Source: Actinomycetota bacterium
GTDB taxonomy: Bacteria > Actinomycetota > Actinomycetes > Nanopelagicales > Nanopelagicaceae
Length of the DNA stretch: 40,782 bases
Reading direction: 5' to 3'
Assembly (NCBI GenBank): GCA_009927705.1
Contig: RFMK01000123.1
Span: 1 to 40,782 of the forward strand
Under the pieces are notes generated by a model. That model saw nothing but the letters and a program-made list of their open reading frames with translations. It was not told where the DNA came from and did not search any database. Below are positions 1-9,555 of the stretch, in pieces (positions within the stretch are counted from its first letter, which is position 1; each line of letters opens with the position of its first letter). The position numbers and the translations under genes are program-made.

Positions 1-1
1 T

Positions 2-349
2 CACGCTGTTGAAATCGTTTTCGATTCCATCGTGCGCAACATCCACAAGGGCGAAGATGTAACCATCAACGACTTTGGTAAGTTCAAGAAAGTTGATCGT
101 AAAGCTCGCAAGGGTCGTAACCCTTTCACTGGCGAAACGATTCAAATCAAGGCGAGCAAGAAAGTTCGCTTCCTCCCAGCTAAGGCGCTCAAGGAAGTTG
201 TTTCCGGCGCTCGTAAATTGGGACCAGCTCCAAAGCCAGCTCCAGTCGTCAAGCCTGTAGCAAAGAAGGCAGCAAAGGTAGTTAAGAAGGCAGCCAAGAA
301 GGCTCCTAAGAAAGCTGCAAAGAAGGCTAAGAAGGGCAAGAAGAAGTAA
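2..349 (+). CDS. hupB: Nucleoid-associated protein HU (HupB/Hlp type), 5'-truncated by the window edge, with a Lys/Ala/Pro-rich C-terminal tail
   Basis: The frame is open from nt 2 (HAVEIVFDSIVRNIHKGEDVTINDFGKF...GRNPFTGETIQIKASKKVRF), matching the HU/IHF fold with its RNP-x-TGE arm. The GTG at 32 is an internal Val. The tail (PAPKPAPVVKPVAKKAAKVVKKAAKKAPKKAAKKAKKGKKK) is typical of actinobacterial HU. A terminator follows. Confidence 0.9.
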   Translation, partial: HAVEIVFDSIVRNIHKGEDVTINDFGKFKKVDRKARKGRNPFTGETIQIKASKKVRFLPAKALKEVVSGARKLGPAPKPAPVVKPVAKKAAKVVKKAAKKAPKKAAKKAKKGKKK

Positions 350-365
350 AAATCTTCTTTTCAAT

Positions 366-399
366 AAAGGCCACGCATCTACGCGTGGCCTTTATTTTT
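366..399 (+). terminator. Rho-independent terminator after hupB
   Basis: An 11-bp perfect stem AAAGGCCACGC / GCGTGGCCTTT (366-376 with 383-393) has a 6-nt loop and is followed by ATTTTT. Confidence 0.85.
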
Positions 400-417
400 C
401 TGTCCTAGGCTTCAACC

Positions 418-1212
418 ATGAACCCCGCGGAACTCAGGATTTCTTATGATCCGCCCAAAGGAAGACCATTAGGTAGCAATCCGTGGTTCCGTTTCGGCGC
501 AACGCTTTTGAGGCCAATACTTAACGCAATCATCAAGCGAGATTGGCGCGGGGCAGAGAAACTTCCTCAAAGCGGCGCAGCAATCGTTGTCTGTAATCAT
601 CTTTCATATGTAGATCCGTTGACCTTCACGCATTTCCTTTACAACAACGGACGTGCGCCGCGGTATCTCGGAAAAGAATCTGTCTTCCGCATTCCAATCA
701 TCGGCACCGTCATCAGAGGCGCTGGACAGATACCTGTGTCGCGAGAATCAAAAGATGCGGTTAAAGGTTTGGAGCATGCGATTGCAGTTTTGAAAGCGGG
801 ACATCTCCTTGGTGTCTATCCAGAAGGAACGTTGACGCGTGATGAAAATCTTTGGCCGATGCGCGCCAAGACTGGCGTTGCTCGTCTGGCATTGATTACC
901 GGCGCACCGGTGTATCCATGCGCATCATGGGGACCAGAGAAGGTGCTCCCTCCTTACAGCAAGAAGTTGCGCGTATTCCCGCGAACCAAGGTCTCGATCA
1001 TCATGGGAGATCCGGTTGATCTCTCTCGGTGGAATGGGCGTCATGAAGATCCAGTCGCAATTCAAGAGGCAGCCGATCACATCATGGATCGCATAACGCT
1101 GCTGCTTGAAGAGTTGCGTGGCGAAAAAGCGCCTGCTGTTCGTTTCGATCCTAAGAAATCAGATCTTCCGCGGATAGGCAATTACAAGAAAGCGAAACGT
1201 AAGGCGCAATAA
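418..1212 (+). CDS. plsC: 1-acyl-sn-glycerol-3-phosphate (lysophospholipid) acyltransferase
   Basis: Carries the acyltransferase motifs NHLSYVDP (H-x4-D) and YPEGT. Its stop overlaps the gpsA start (TAATG). Confidence 0.85.
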   Translation: MNPAELRISYDPPKGRPLGSNPWFRFGATLLRPILNAIIKRDWRGAEKLPQSGAAIVVCNHLSYVDPLTFTHFLYNNGRAPRYLGKESVFRIPIIGTVIRGAGQIPVSRESKDAVKGLEHAIAVLKAGHLLGVYPEGTLTRDENLWPMRAKTGVARLALITGAPVYPCASWGPEKVLPPYSKKLRVFPRTKVSIIMGDPVDLSRWNGRHEDPVAIQEAADHIMDRITLLLEELRGEKAPAVRFDPKKSDLPRIGNYKKAKRKAQ

Positions 1213-2216
1213 TGAAAGTGACTGTCCTTGGTTCGGGGCAATGGGGCACAACGCTCGCCCAAGTTCTCTGTGATGCCGGAAATGATGTACTGATCTGGGG
1301 AAGGAATCAATCGGTTGTCGATGAGATCAACACAGTTCATACCAACCAAAACTCGCTGCCGGCTTTGGTCTTGCCAACGAAATTGCGCGCAACAAGTGAC
1401 ATTTCTGCGGCATTCGCTCATTCCCAATTGATCGTTCTCGCCATTCCAGCCCAATCTCTTCGAGCGAACTTGAAGGCGTGGAAGGGCTTGATAAATAAGG
1501 ATGTTCCCATCGTCTCATCGCTTAAAGGCGTTGAAGTTTCGACACAGTTACGCATGACGGAAGTGGTGCAGGAAGTATTGGACTATCCCGAAGAAAAGTT
1601 GGCCATTATCACCGGCCCTAATTTGGCTCGCGAAGTTGTGCTTCGACAACCAACTGGAGCGGTGGCAGCCTCAACCTCTCAAGTTCTCGCCGATCTCACT
1701 GCCAAAACTTTTAGCGCTCCATATTTTCGAGTTTATACATCCAATGACGTTATTGGTTGTGAACTTGCTGGAGCTGCAAAGAATGTGATTGCGCTGGCAG
1801 TAGGAATGTCGATTGGAATGGGATTTGGCGAAAATACCCAAGCTCTTGTAATTACTCGTGGATTAAATGAGTTAACTCGATTAGGAATGGCGCGAGGTGC
1901 AATGCCGCTGACATTTGTGGGATTGGCTGGAGTTGGTGATCTGCTTGCAACATGTGGTTCACCGCTATCGCGAAATCGTTCATTCGGAGAAGCGTTAGGT
2001 CGCACAGGATCGATGGCCAGCGCGCAGGCCGAAGCGCGGTCAACTGTCGAAGGCGTTTCGACAGCCAGCGCAGTAGTTGAGTTAGCGCATTTAGTGGGGA
2101 TTGAGGCGCCCATCATGGAAGCCGTGAAAGATGTAGTGAACAATACGATTAGCCCTCAACAAGCAATTGTTGGGTTGATGAAAATTCACACCGGAGCGGA
2201 GATTGATCACGTATGA
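1212..2216 (+). CDS. gpsA: NAD(P)H-dependent glycerol-3-phosphate dehydrogenase
   Basis: Has the N-terminal Rossmann motif GSGQWGT plus GPNLAREV and AGAAKNVIA. Full length at 334 aa. Confidence 0.93.
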   Translation: MKVTVLGSGQWGTTLAQVLCDAGNDVLIWGRNQSVVDEINTVHTNQNSLPALVLPTKLRATSDISAAFAHSQLIVLAIPAQSLRANLKAWKGLINKDVPIVSSLKGVEVSTQLRMTEVVQEVLDYPEEKLAIITGPNLAREVVLRQPTGAVAASTSQVLADLTAKTFSAPYFRVYTSNDVIGCELAGAAKNVIALAVGMSIGMGFGENTQALVITRGLNELTRLGMARGAMPLTFVGLAGVGDLLATCGSPLSRNRSFGEALGRTGSMASAQAEARSTVEGVSTASAVVELAHLVGIEAPIMEAVKDVVNNTISPQQAIVGLMKIHTGAEIDHV

Positions 2217-3283
2217 CGAAAAAACGCGTTGCAATCATCTGTGGTGGTCGAAGTAGCGAACATCCAATCTCGTGTATCTCTGCCCGCGGAGTTCTTGGCG
2301 CAATCGATAGAAACAAATTTGAGCCTATTCTCATTGGTATTACCGAGAAGGGCGCCTGGGTTGAACTTCAGGGCGCCACAGATTTCTCAAAAGGTAGCGA
2401 TGGACTTCCATATGTTCCCGAGAACGCACCATCCATCCGAGCAGATATCGCTGGATTCACCACGACTGGCGGCCAAATGTTGGCATTGGATCTTGTCTTT
2501 CCATTACTACACGGCGCATACGGTGAAGATGGCACCGTGCAAGGATTGCTCGAGATGGCTGGAATTCCATATGTAGGTTCCGGTGTTCTCGCCTCCGCTG
2601 TTGCGATGGATAAGACATTCGCAAAACCGATTTACGCAGATTTTGGTTTGAAAGTTGCAGACGGAATTACTGTTCACGAACGAGATTGGAAGAGTAATCG
2701 CTCCCTGGAAATAGCGAAGATTAAAGCACTGGGATTCCCGGTTTTCGTCAAACCTGCGCGGAGCGGTTCAAGTCGTGGAACGTCAAAAGTTAAAAGCGAA
2801 GACCAGATCGCCGATGCGATTGAAGAAGCACATCGCCACGATCCTCGCGCAATGGTTGAAGTTGCGATTGTTGGACGCGAGATTGAATGTGCGGTCCTTG
2901 AAATTCAAGGAAAGGCGACCGCATCAATACTTGGTGAAGTACGAGTGCACGAGCCACATGAGTTTTACGATTTCGAAGCGAAGTACATCGATGGATCCAC
3001 ATCATTTGATGTTCCAGCAAATATTCCTACCGACGTGGCAAATAAAATCAGTGACGCAGCAGTCACCGCTTTCGAAGCGTTAGGTTGTGAAGGCTTGGCG
3101 CGAGTGGATTTCTTCCTGACACCAAGTAACGAAATCATCATCAATGAGTTGAATACAATGCCCGGGTTCACTGAGAAATCAGTATTTCCCATGTTGTGGC
3201 AAGCGACTGGCAAGAGTTATAGCGAGATAATTTCGCAACTCTGTGAAAGCGCGCTCTCGCGTTCGCAGAACGTAGTGAGGTAA
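2213..3283 (+). CDS. ddl: D-alanine--D-alanine ligase
   Basis: Contains GGRSSEH, HGAYGEDGTVQGLLE and the ATP-grasp C-terminal NELNTMPGFT. Its start overlaps gpsA by 4 nt (ATGA). Confidence 0.93.
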   Translation: MTKKRVAIICGGRSSEHPISCISARGVLGAIDRNKFEPILIGITEKGAWVELQGATDFSKGSDGLPYVPENAPSIRADIAGFTTTGGQMLALDLVFPLLHGAYGEDGTVQGLLEMAGIPYVGSGVLASAVAMDKTFAKPIYADFGLKVADGITVHERDWKSNRSLEIAKIKALGFPVFVKPARSGSSRGTSKVKSEDQIADAIEEAHRHDPRAMVEVAIVGREIECAVLEIQGKATASILGEVRVHEPHEFYDFEAKYIDGSTSFDVPANIPTDVANKISDAAVTAFEALGCEGLARVDFFLTPSNEIIINELNTMPGFTEKSVFPMLWQATGKSYSEIISQLCESALSRSQNVVR

Positions 3284-3289
3284 TCGAAT

Positions 3290-3526
3290 TTAGATTGATG
3301 TAACTGGGCAGGTCAACGTGCGAGTGATACCAGGAACTGCTTGGACTTTAGATAGCACTACTCGACCAAGATCTTCCATGCTTGCAGCTTCAGCCCGCAT
3401 GATTACGTCGTATGGGCCAGTAACACCCTCAGCAATCGTGACTCCAGCAATTGCAGTCACAGCTTTTGTGACACTTCCAGACTTGCCTACTTCGGTCTGG
3501 ATCAAGATATACGCCTGAATCGACAT
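3290..3526 (-). CDS. Stand-alone Lrp/AsnC ligand-binding (RAM) domain protein, 78 aa, without a DNA-binding domain
   Basis: The sequence MSIQAYILIQTEVGK...VTGPYDVIMRAEA...MEDLGRVVLSKVQAVPGITRTLT fits the beta-alpha-beta-beta-alpha-beta RAM pattern. It lies between ddl and thiL, as I recall for other actinobacteria. Confidence 0.7.
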   Translation of the reverse strand: MSIQAYILIQTEVGKSGSVTKAVTAIAGVTIAEGVTGPYDVIMRAEAASMEDLGRVVLSKVQAVPGITRTLTCPVTSI

Positions 3527-3601
3527 TGTTCTTCCGTTTCAACTTGGGTTCGTAACTCAGACACTAGCGCATTTAGGCTAGCGTCCGTAAGTCGGAAGAC
3601 T

Positions 3602-4552
3602 GTGAAAGAAGGTGAACAGGTGCGAGAGCACGAAGTCCTCAATCGGATTCGCGAGATATTCGATGCAACATCGGCTCATCGCGGAATTGTGGTGGGAAAC
3701 GGCGATGATGGCGCTGTAATTTCCCTGCCAGATCAGACAGTTGTATCGACTGACTTGGCGGTTGAGGGAGTTCATTTTCGGATTGATTGGAGTTCGCCCG
3801 AGGAGATTGGTCGGAAGGTAACCGCGGCGAATCTTGCAGATATCTGTGCAATGGGAGGATGGCCAGAATTCTTGCTTGTGGCAGTTGCATTCCCGTCTCG
3901 CCACCTCCACTTGCTAGAAGGGCTTGCTCATGGAATTGCGAAGGAAGCCGAAAAAGTTGGCGCTCACGTCATCGGGGGAGATCTCTCTCAGGGAAGTGAA
4001 CTTGTCATCTCCATTACTGCTATCGGCTCTACGAAGAAACCCATACTCCGTTCTGGTGCGAAGATTGGAGATGCCGTTGTTATCTCGCACCTGCCAGGAT
4101 CTTCGGCAGCAGGACTCACTCTCTTATCCAAAGGAATTGAAATCACAACCGATCATGCTCGCGAGCTTGTCTCGCAACACTGCGCACCTGAGATTGACTA
4201 TTCGAAATACGGGAACGCATTTCCATTCCTCAACTGCGCCACAGATATCAGCGATGGGTTGATTGTCGATGCATCTCATATCGCCGCAGCTAGCTCCGTA
4301 GCGTTGGAGCTAGAAACTAAATCTTTGACTTCACATCCCCAATTCGAAAAATTACTTAAAGTGTTTGATGGTAGCGACAGTGCGTTAACGGCGGTCTTAA
4401 CTGGCGGTGAGGACCATGTCTTGCTTGCGACTACAAGTGAGCCAGAAAAAATTGAAGGTTTCACTCGTATCGGTACAGTTATTTCTGGGCACGGCATTTT
4501 CATCGACGAAAAGCGTCGAGAAATGGAATCGGGCTACCAACATAGTTGGTAG
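3602..4552 (+). CDS. thiL: Thiamine-monophosphate kinase
   Basis: Has the AIR-synthase-like motifs GNGDDGAV, ANLADICAMGG and DISDGL. The start is ambiguous between GTG 3602 and GTG 3620. Confidence 0.88.
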   Translation: MKEGEQVREHEVLNRIREIFDATSAHRGIVVGNGDDGAVISLPDQTVVSTDLAVEGVHFRIDWSSPEEIGRKVTAANLADICAMGGWPEFLLVAVAFPSRHLHLLEGLAHGIAKEAEKVGAHVIGGDLSQGSELVISITAIGSTKKPILRSGAKIGDAVVISHLPGSSAAGLTLLSKGIEITTDHARELVSQHCAPEIDYSKYGNAFPFLNCATDISDGLIVDASHIAAASSVALELETKSLTSHPQFEKLLKVFDGSDSALTAVLTGGEDHVLLATTSEPEKIEGFTRIGTVISGHGIFIDEKRREMESGYQHSW

Positions 4553-4584
4553 GTATAAGAAAATTACAGGTTGGGAAGGGCTAC

Positions 4585-4770
4585 TTAGCGAGCGACTTTT
4601 CCGGCCTTGAGGCAGGAAGTGCAGACGTTCTGGCGCTTGGTGTAACCATTTACAAGGGTGCGGATACGCTGGATATTTGGATTCCAGCGACGACGGGTAC
4701 GACGGTTTGAGTGTGACACGTTGTTACCAAAGCTTGGTCCCTTGCCACAGATTTCGCATACTGATGCCAC
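4585..4770 (-). CDS. rpmB: 50S ribosomal protein L28 (Cys-containing, zinc-ribbon form)
   Basis: The sequence (V)[60 protein letters not shown] is full-length L28. GTG at 4770 is preceded on the minus strand by AAGGAG with 7-nt spacing. The 114-aa ORF in the track is an upstream over-extension. Confidence 0.92.
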   Translation of the reverse strand: MASVCEICGKGPSFGNNVSHSNRRTRRRWNPNIQRIRTLVNGYTKRQNVCTSCLKAGKVAR

Positions 4771-4927
4771 GTTCGTACTCCTTGATTTATTGCGACTTGA
4801 ACTTGCGGGCGCAAGATTAGCCGTAAAGACGCCAGATGCGCCAATTCTTGATCTATCTGAGCGGGAAACACTGCGCTCGAGACCCTCTGCACAGCCACAT
4901 TCACGCCCCTTTCGGAGAGAATGAAGC

Positions 4928-7147
4928 ATGGCAACGTTGGAGTCGCGACTTGTATCGATAGTCGGCGATAAGACTGCAAAAGTCCTTCACGAGCATTTCG
5001 AGATGTCTTCGATTGGCGATTTGCTCCGTCACTACCCACGCCGTTACGTCGTCCGTGGAGAACTCAGTGATATCGAATCGCTAATTGAAGGCGAAGAAGT
5101 GACGATTTTCGCAAAGGTCGAGAGCACAAAGGTGCGTCGCATTCCTGGTCGCAAAGGCGCGATTGTCGAAACAATCGTGACGGATGGAAGAGCCACATTG
5201 ATTCTTACCTTTTTCAATCAAGCGTGGCGGGAGAAAGATTTACGAGCCGGAAGACAAGGTCTCTTTGCTGGAAAAGTTGGAGTATTCAAAGGGAAGAGAC
5301 AACTCGCGCACCCAGATTATCTTTTGATACCTGAAGGTGATGATGTCGATGCAGCTATTGGCGACTTTGCTGGGAGATATCTTCCGGTGTATCCGGCAAC
5401 CGCAAAGTTGCCCTCATGGAAGATTGCTCAATGCGTGCGCTTAGCCCTAGATGCGCTGGAAGAAATTTCTGACTACGTTCCAAGAGAACTTCTTGATGAA
5501 CTTCATTTCCCAGATTTCATGACCGCACTTCGAGAGGTTCACAATCCCACAAGTGCCGAAGCGGCCGAGATAGCACGACAGAGACTTACTTTTGATGAAG
5601 CGCTGTTAATGCAGCTCTTCTTGGTGCTTCGTCGTAACGAAGTTCGAGCTGCCACAACGAAGAATCGCGCGCCACGCGACAATGGTTTGCTAGCTGCTTT
5701 TGATAGTCGAATTCCATTTGAACTCACTGCCGGTCAGACATCTGTTTGGAGCGAGATTTCTCAAGATTTAGCAAGCACTCACCCCATGTATCGCTTACTA
5801 CAGGGCGATGTTGGTTCGGGAAAAACAATCATCGCACTTCGCGCCATGCTTGCGGTTGTTGATGCGGGCGGTCAAGCGGCGCTGTTAGCTCCTACCGAAG
5901 TTTTAGCGCAGCAACATCACCGCAACTTCCTTCGATTGCTCGGTGATCTTGCTGAAGGTGGAATGTTGGGTGGTAATTCATTGGGAACACAGATCGCGTT
6001 GTTGACCGGCTCCATGACCACTCAGGAGAAACGAGAAACGTTAGCCAACATCGCATCGGGCGCTGTGGGAATCGTCGTCGGTACTCACGCATTGCTCGAA
6101 GATCGAGTGATATTCAAAGATCTTGGACTTATCGTCATCGATGAACAGCATAGATTTGGCGTTGAACAACGCGACGCATTGCGTGAGCGCGCGGTAGAGC
6201 CCCCACATGTCTTAGTAATGACGGCAACTCCAATTCCGCGGACAGTTGCGATGACGATATTCGGCGATCTTGATGTCTCAGTACTCCGTGAACTTCCATT
6301 AGGGCGTTCACCTATCACCACACATGTAGTCTCTGCATTTTCAAAGCCATCGCATTTGGATCGTGCATGGCAGCGGGCGCGCGAGGAAGTCTCGAACGGA
6401 CATCAGGTCTACGTTGTAGCGCCACGAATTAGCGCAAGCGATGACTCCGATTTACAGCGATTCGGTCTAACATCGGAGGAACTATCTCGTGCACGTTCTT
6501 TAATGGAAGACGAAGAGGAAATTTCGCAAAAATCTCCGATGCATTCGGTAGAAGAACTTTTCCCCCAATTGAGTTCAGGCCCACTCAAAGATTTACGAAT
6601 GAGTCCGCTTCATGGTCGCATGCCCTCGGATGAGAAAGATGCGGTTATGCAGGCTTTTTCGCGAGGCGAAATAGATGTCGTGGTCTCGACCACTGTTATC
6701 GAAGTAGGAGTTGATGTGCCAAACGCATCGATGATGATCATCATGGATGCTGATCGATTCGGCGTCTCTCAGCTTCATCAATTACGTGGACGCGTCGGAC
6801 GTGGTACAACTCCTGGCCTCTGCATACTCGTCACAAACGTTACGGAAGATTCACTTTCTATGGAACGACTGAAGGCAGTTGCTGCAACGACTGACGGATT
6901 CGAATTGAGTAGATTGGATTTAGAACAAAGAAGAGAAGGTGATGTACTAGGCAGCGCACAGTCTGGAGTCCGTTCACACCTTCGTTTGCTGCGAGTGATT
7001 CGAGATGAGGAAATCATCGCCGATGCGCGCGAAGTCGCCGAGAGAATTGTGATGTCGGACCCTCAACTCGAAACAATGCCTCATCTCAAGACTGAGGTTG
7101 ATAAATTGCGCCAAGAAGAACGTGCCGCATATTTGGAGAAACGCTAA
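4928..7147 (+). CDS. recG: ATP-dependent DNA helicase RecG
   Basis: Has a wedge/OB N-terminus, Walker [24 protein letters not shown] and [21 protein letters not shown] lies upstream. Confidence 0.95.
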   Translation: MATLESRLVSIVGDKTAKVLHEHFEMSSIGDLLRHYPRRYVVRGELSDIESLIEGEEVTIFAKVESTKVRRIPGRKGAIVETIVTDGRATLILTFFNQAWREKDLRAGRQGLFAGKVGVFKGKRQLAHPDYLLIPEGDDVDAAIGDFAGRYLPVYPATAKLPSWKIAQCVRLALDALEEISDYVPRELLDELHFPDFMTALREVHNPTSAEAAEIARQRLTFDEALLMQLFLVLRRNEVRAATTKNRAPRDNGLLAAFDSRIPFELTAGQTSVWSEISQDLASTHPMYRLLQGDVGSGKTIIALRAMLAVVDAGGQAALLAPTEVLAQQHHRNFLRLLGDLAEGGMLGGNSLGTQIALLTGSMTTQEKRETLANIASGAVGIVVGTHALLEDRVIFKDLGLIVIDEQHRFGVEQRDALRERAVEPPHVLVMTATPIPRTVAMTIFGDLDVSVLRELPLGRSPITTHVVSAFSKPSHLDRAWQRAREEVSNGHQVYVVAPRISASDDSDLQRFGLTSEELSRARSLMEDEEEISQKSPMHSVEELFPQLSSGPLKDLRMSPLHGRMPSDEKDAVMQAFSRGEIDVVVSTTVIEVGVDVPNASMMIIMDADRFGVSQLHQLRGRVGRGTTPGLCILVTNVTEDSLSMERLKAVAATTDGFELSRLDLEQRREGDVLGSAQSGVRSHLRLLRVIRDEEIIADAREVAERIVMSDPQLETMPHLKTEVDKLRQEERAAYLEKR

Positions 7148-7713
7148 TGAGAATCATTGCTGGACTTGCAAAGGGTCGTAATTTGTTCTCGCCTGTCGGC
7201 GCAACGAGACCTACATCAGATCGTGCACGCGAAGCGCTCTTCTCGACCTTGGAATCGGAGTTCGGTTCCATTAACGATCTAACAATCCTCGATCTATATT
7301 GCGGTTCAGGTGCAGTCGGCGCGGAGGCGCTGTCAAGAGGTGCAGCAATTGTCATTGGAATCGACAATGATGAAAAGGCTACTTCAGTTGCTCGACAGAA
7401 TTTCCAATTGCTCGAGAAAATTTCAGGAATCGGCACTTACTCCGTAATAACTATGTCAGTCGGAAAGTTCCTAGATAAGCCGGCAGATTTTCCCTTCGAT
7501 GTTCTCTTTCTTGATCCGCCATATGAACTTCCCAATAATGAAATAGAAAAAAATCTCACTGCGCTGGTCAAGAACGGGTACTTGAAGTCATCGTCGGTTG
7601 TAGCGATTGAACGTGATTCCAAGGCGCGCCCTCTCGCGTGGCCGCAAGGGTTGACCGAAGTAAAAGTTAGAAAATATGGGGCAGCAACGATTTACTACGC
7701 AGAGCCCAGATAA
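7147..7713 (+). CDS. rsmD: 16S rRNA (guanine966-N2)-methyltransferase
   Basis: Contains MRIIAG..KGR, the SAM motif DLYCGSGAVG and LDPPY. Its start overlaps the recG stop (TAATG). Confidence 0.9.
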   Translation: MRIIAGLAKGRNLFSPVGATRPTSDRAREALFSTLESEFGSINDLTILDLYCGSGAVGAEALSRGAAIVIGIDNDEKATSVARQNFQLLEKISGIGTYSVITMSVGKFLDKPADFPFDVLFLDPPYELPNNEIEKNLTALVKNGYLKSSSVVAIERDSKARPLAWPQGLTEVKVRKYGAATIYYAEPR

Positions 7714-7746
7714 CGCACAGATTCTCACGCGAAAGTCTCGTGTTAG

Positions 7747-8244
<498 letters not shown>

Positions 8245-8256
8245 GAGGACAGAACC

Positions 8257-8733
8257 ATGGAAGCTATCGAGAAACTGCAATCAGCCATCACGATGGTCAA
8301 TGAAGCGCGCGCAGTTCCCCTATCTGCTTCATGTGTCGTCCACAGGGGAGAATTGCTGGGAATTCTCGAAGAGATTAACCAAGCGCTTCCAGCTGATCTA
8401 TCAAATGCACAAAAACTTTTAGTCAATCGCGAAGGAATTATCGAAGAAGGGCGACAGAGCGCCGAACAACTCATTGCTCATGCTCGCGAGGAAGTTGCTC
8501 GAATGGTTGAACAGACTGCAATCGTCGCAGCTGCGCGAGAAGAGTCTGCGCGATTGATTGATGAAGCGCATGCCAAAGTTGAGAAAGAGCGAGAGGAAGT
8601 GGATGCGTACATTGATTCACGACTCGCAACGCTCGAAGTGATTTTGAATAAGACGCTGGAAGCTGTTAATCGCGGCCGAGAGCGGCTTGCTGGTGCCAGC
8701 GATAAAGATGTTCTCTCACAACTCGCTGATTAA
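8257..8733 (+). CDS. DivIVA-domain / SepIVA-like coiled-coil protein (short form)
   Basis: The N-terminus (VNEARAVPLSASCVVHRGELLGILEEINQALPADL) resembles my recollection of mycobacterial Rv2927c/SepIVA. An Ala/Glu/Arg-rich coiled coil follows. The position (coaD side, yceD-rpmF-rnc side) is conserved. Confidence 0.6.
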   Translation: MEAIEKLQSAITMVNEARAVPLSASCVVHRGELLGILEEINQALPADLSNAQKLLVNREGIIEEGRQSAEQLIAHAREEVARMVEQTAIVAAAREESARLIDEAHAKVEKEREEVDAYIDSRLATLEVILNKTLEAVNRGRERLAGASDKDVLSQLAD

Positions 8734-8750
8734 TCAGGTTCACACTCGCC

Positions 8751-9290
8751 ATGAACTCCAAAGCACAATCGCCATTTCGTATCAATCTCCATGAGTTACC
8801 CCGCCGTGCAGGCGAGATGCGTGAATACGATCTGAACTTCCCAGCACCTGAACCAATCGGTATTCCTCTGCTTGAAATTCGCCGCGATGAACCAATCGAA
8901 ATTCATTTCCGCGCTGAATCAGTTGATGATGGCGTTTTGATTACTGGTGAAGTGCAATCGCTGGCGAGCGGTGAGTGTGGTCGGTGCTTAGCTGCAATCG
9001 ATCAAGAGATTGTCCAGAAATTTCAAGAACTCTTTCTCTATGAGAGTCGTGCTTCAGATAAGAATGAGGACGATGACGAGCTCTTTCTATTAGATGGAGA
9101 TGTTGCCGATATCGAGACAGCGATTCGCGATGCGGTGATTCTCTCCATGCCGATCAACCCCGTCTGCTCGCAGGACTGTGAAGGGCTTTGTTCAACCTGT
9201 GGTGAGAAGTGGCGAGACCTGCCCGATGACCACTCCCATGAGGATGTTGACCCTCGATGGACTGGACTTGCAGGCTGGAAGCCCGAATAA
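8751..9290 (+). CDS. yceD: YceD/DUF177 family protein (large-subunit ribosome maturation associated)
   Basis: Has two Cys pairs (CGRC ... CSQDCEGLCSTCG) and an acidic C-terminus. It sits immediately upstream of rpmF, as is nearly universal in bacteria. Confidence 0.85.
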   Translation: MNSKAQSPFRINLHELPRRAGEMREYDLNFPAPEPIGIPLLEIRRDEPIEIHFRAESVDDGVLITGEVQSLASGECGRCLAAIDQEIVQKFQELFLYESRASDKNEDDDELFLLDGDVADIETAIRDAVILSMPINPVCSQDCEGLCSTCGEKWRDLPDDHSHEDVDPRWTGLAGWKPE

Positions 9291-9379
9291 GGACCCAATT
9301 TTGCAAAGATCTCCGACCTGGGGGATACTTACGCGCTCACCATTGAAGGAAAAGAAGTTTCACACGAAGGAGAACCACC

Positions 9380-9553
9380 GTGCCATTACCCAAGCGAAAG
9401 ATGTCGCGCTCGCGCACACGTTCTCGTCGTAGCCAATGGAAAGCAACGCCTGCAGCGACTGCAACATGCGGACAGTGCCAACAGCCAAAATTGCAACACA
9501 CAGCATGTCCTACCTGCGGTACCTATAACCGCCGTCAAGTTCTAGAGGTCTAA
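9380..9553 (+). CDS. rpmF: 50S ribosomal protein L32 (Cys4 form)
   Basis: Absent from the ORF track (57 aa). Hand translation from GTG 9380 gives MPLPKRKMSRSRTRSRRSQWKATPAATATCGQCQQPKLQHTACPTCGTYNRRQVLEV. A GAAGGAG SD lies at 9366-9372. Confidence 0.92.
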   Translation: MPLPKRKMSRSRTRSRRSQWKATPAATATCGQCQQPKLQHTACPTCGTYNRRQVLEV

Positions 9554-9555
9554 TC

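Noticed and set aside
142-339. 65-aa minus-strand ORF (F/L/A/G-rich) overlapping the hupB tail
   Set aside because: It is the antisense image of the AAG/GCN repeat that encodes the Lys/Ala tail. It has no start context and its composition is a low-complexity artefact.
4802-4815. Short palindromes in intergenic DNA: CTTGCG-GG-CGCAAG (4802-4815), CTCTAG-G-CTAGAG (24947-24959) and AACTT-CGC-AAGTT (26219-26231, 12 nt before acn)
   Set aside because: Arms of 5-6 bp are expected by chance at this scale. I recognise no known operator consensus. They are recorded only in case genome-wide motif searches recover them.
4771-4929. Upstream extension that makes the rpmB ORF 114 aa
   Set aside because: L28 homology begins at (V)[12 protein letters not shown] 4770 has an AAGGAG SD at ideal spacing, and the extension ([16 protein letters not shown]...) is Arg/Ser-rich with no resemblance to L28.
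4650-5039. 129-aa minus-strand ORF and 88-aa plus-strand ORF (4658..4924) across the rpmB-recG region
   Set aside because: Both are out of frame with or antisense to rpmB and recG, have no SD, and show Arg/Ser/Pro-rich composition typical of non-coding frames.
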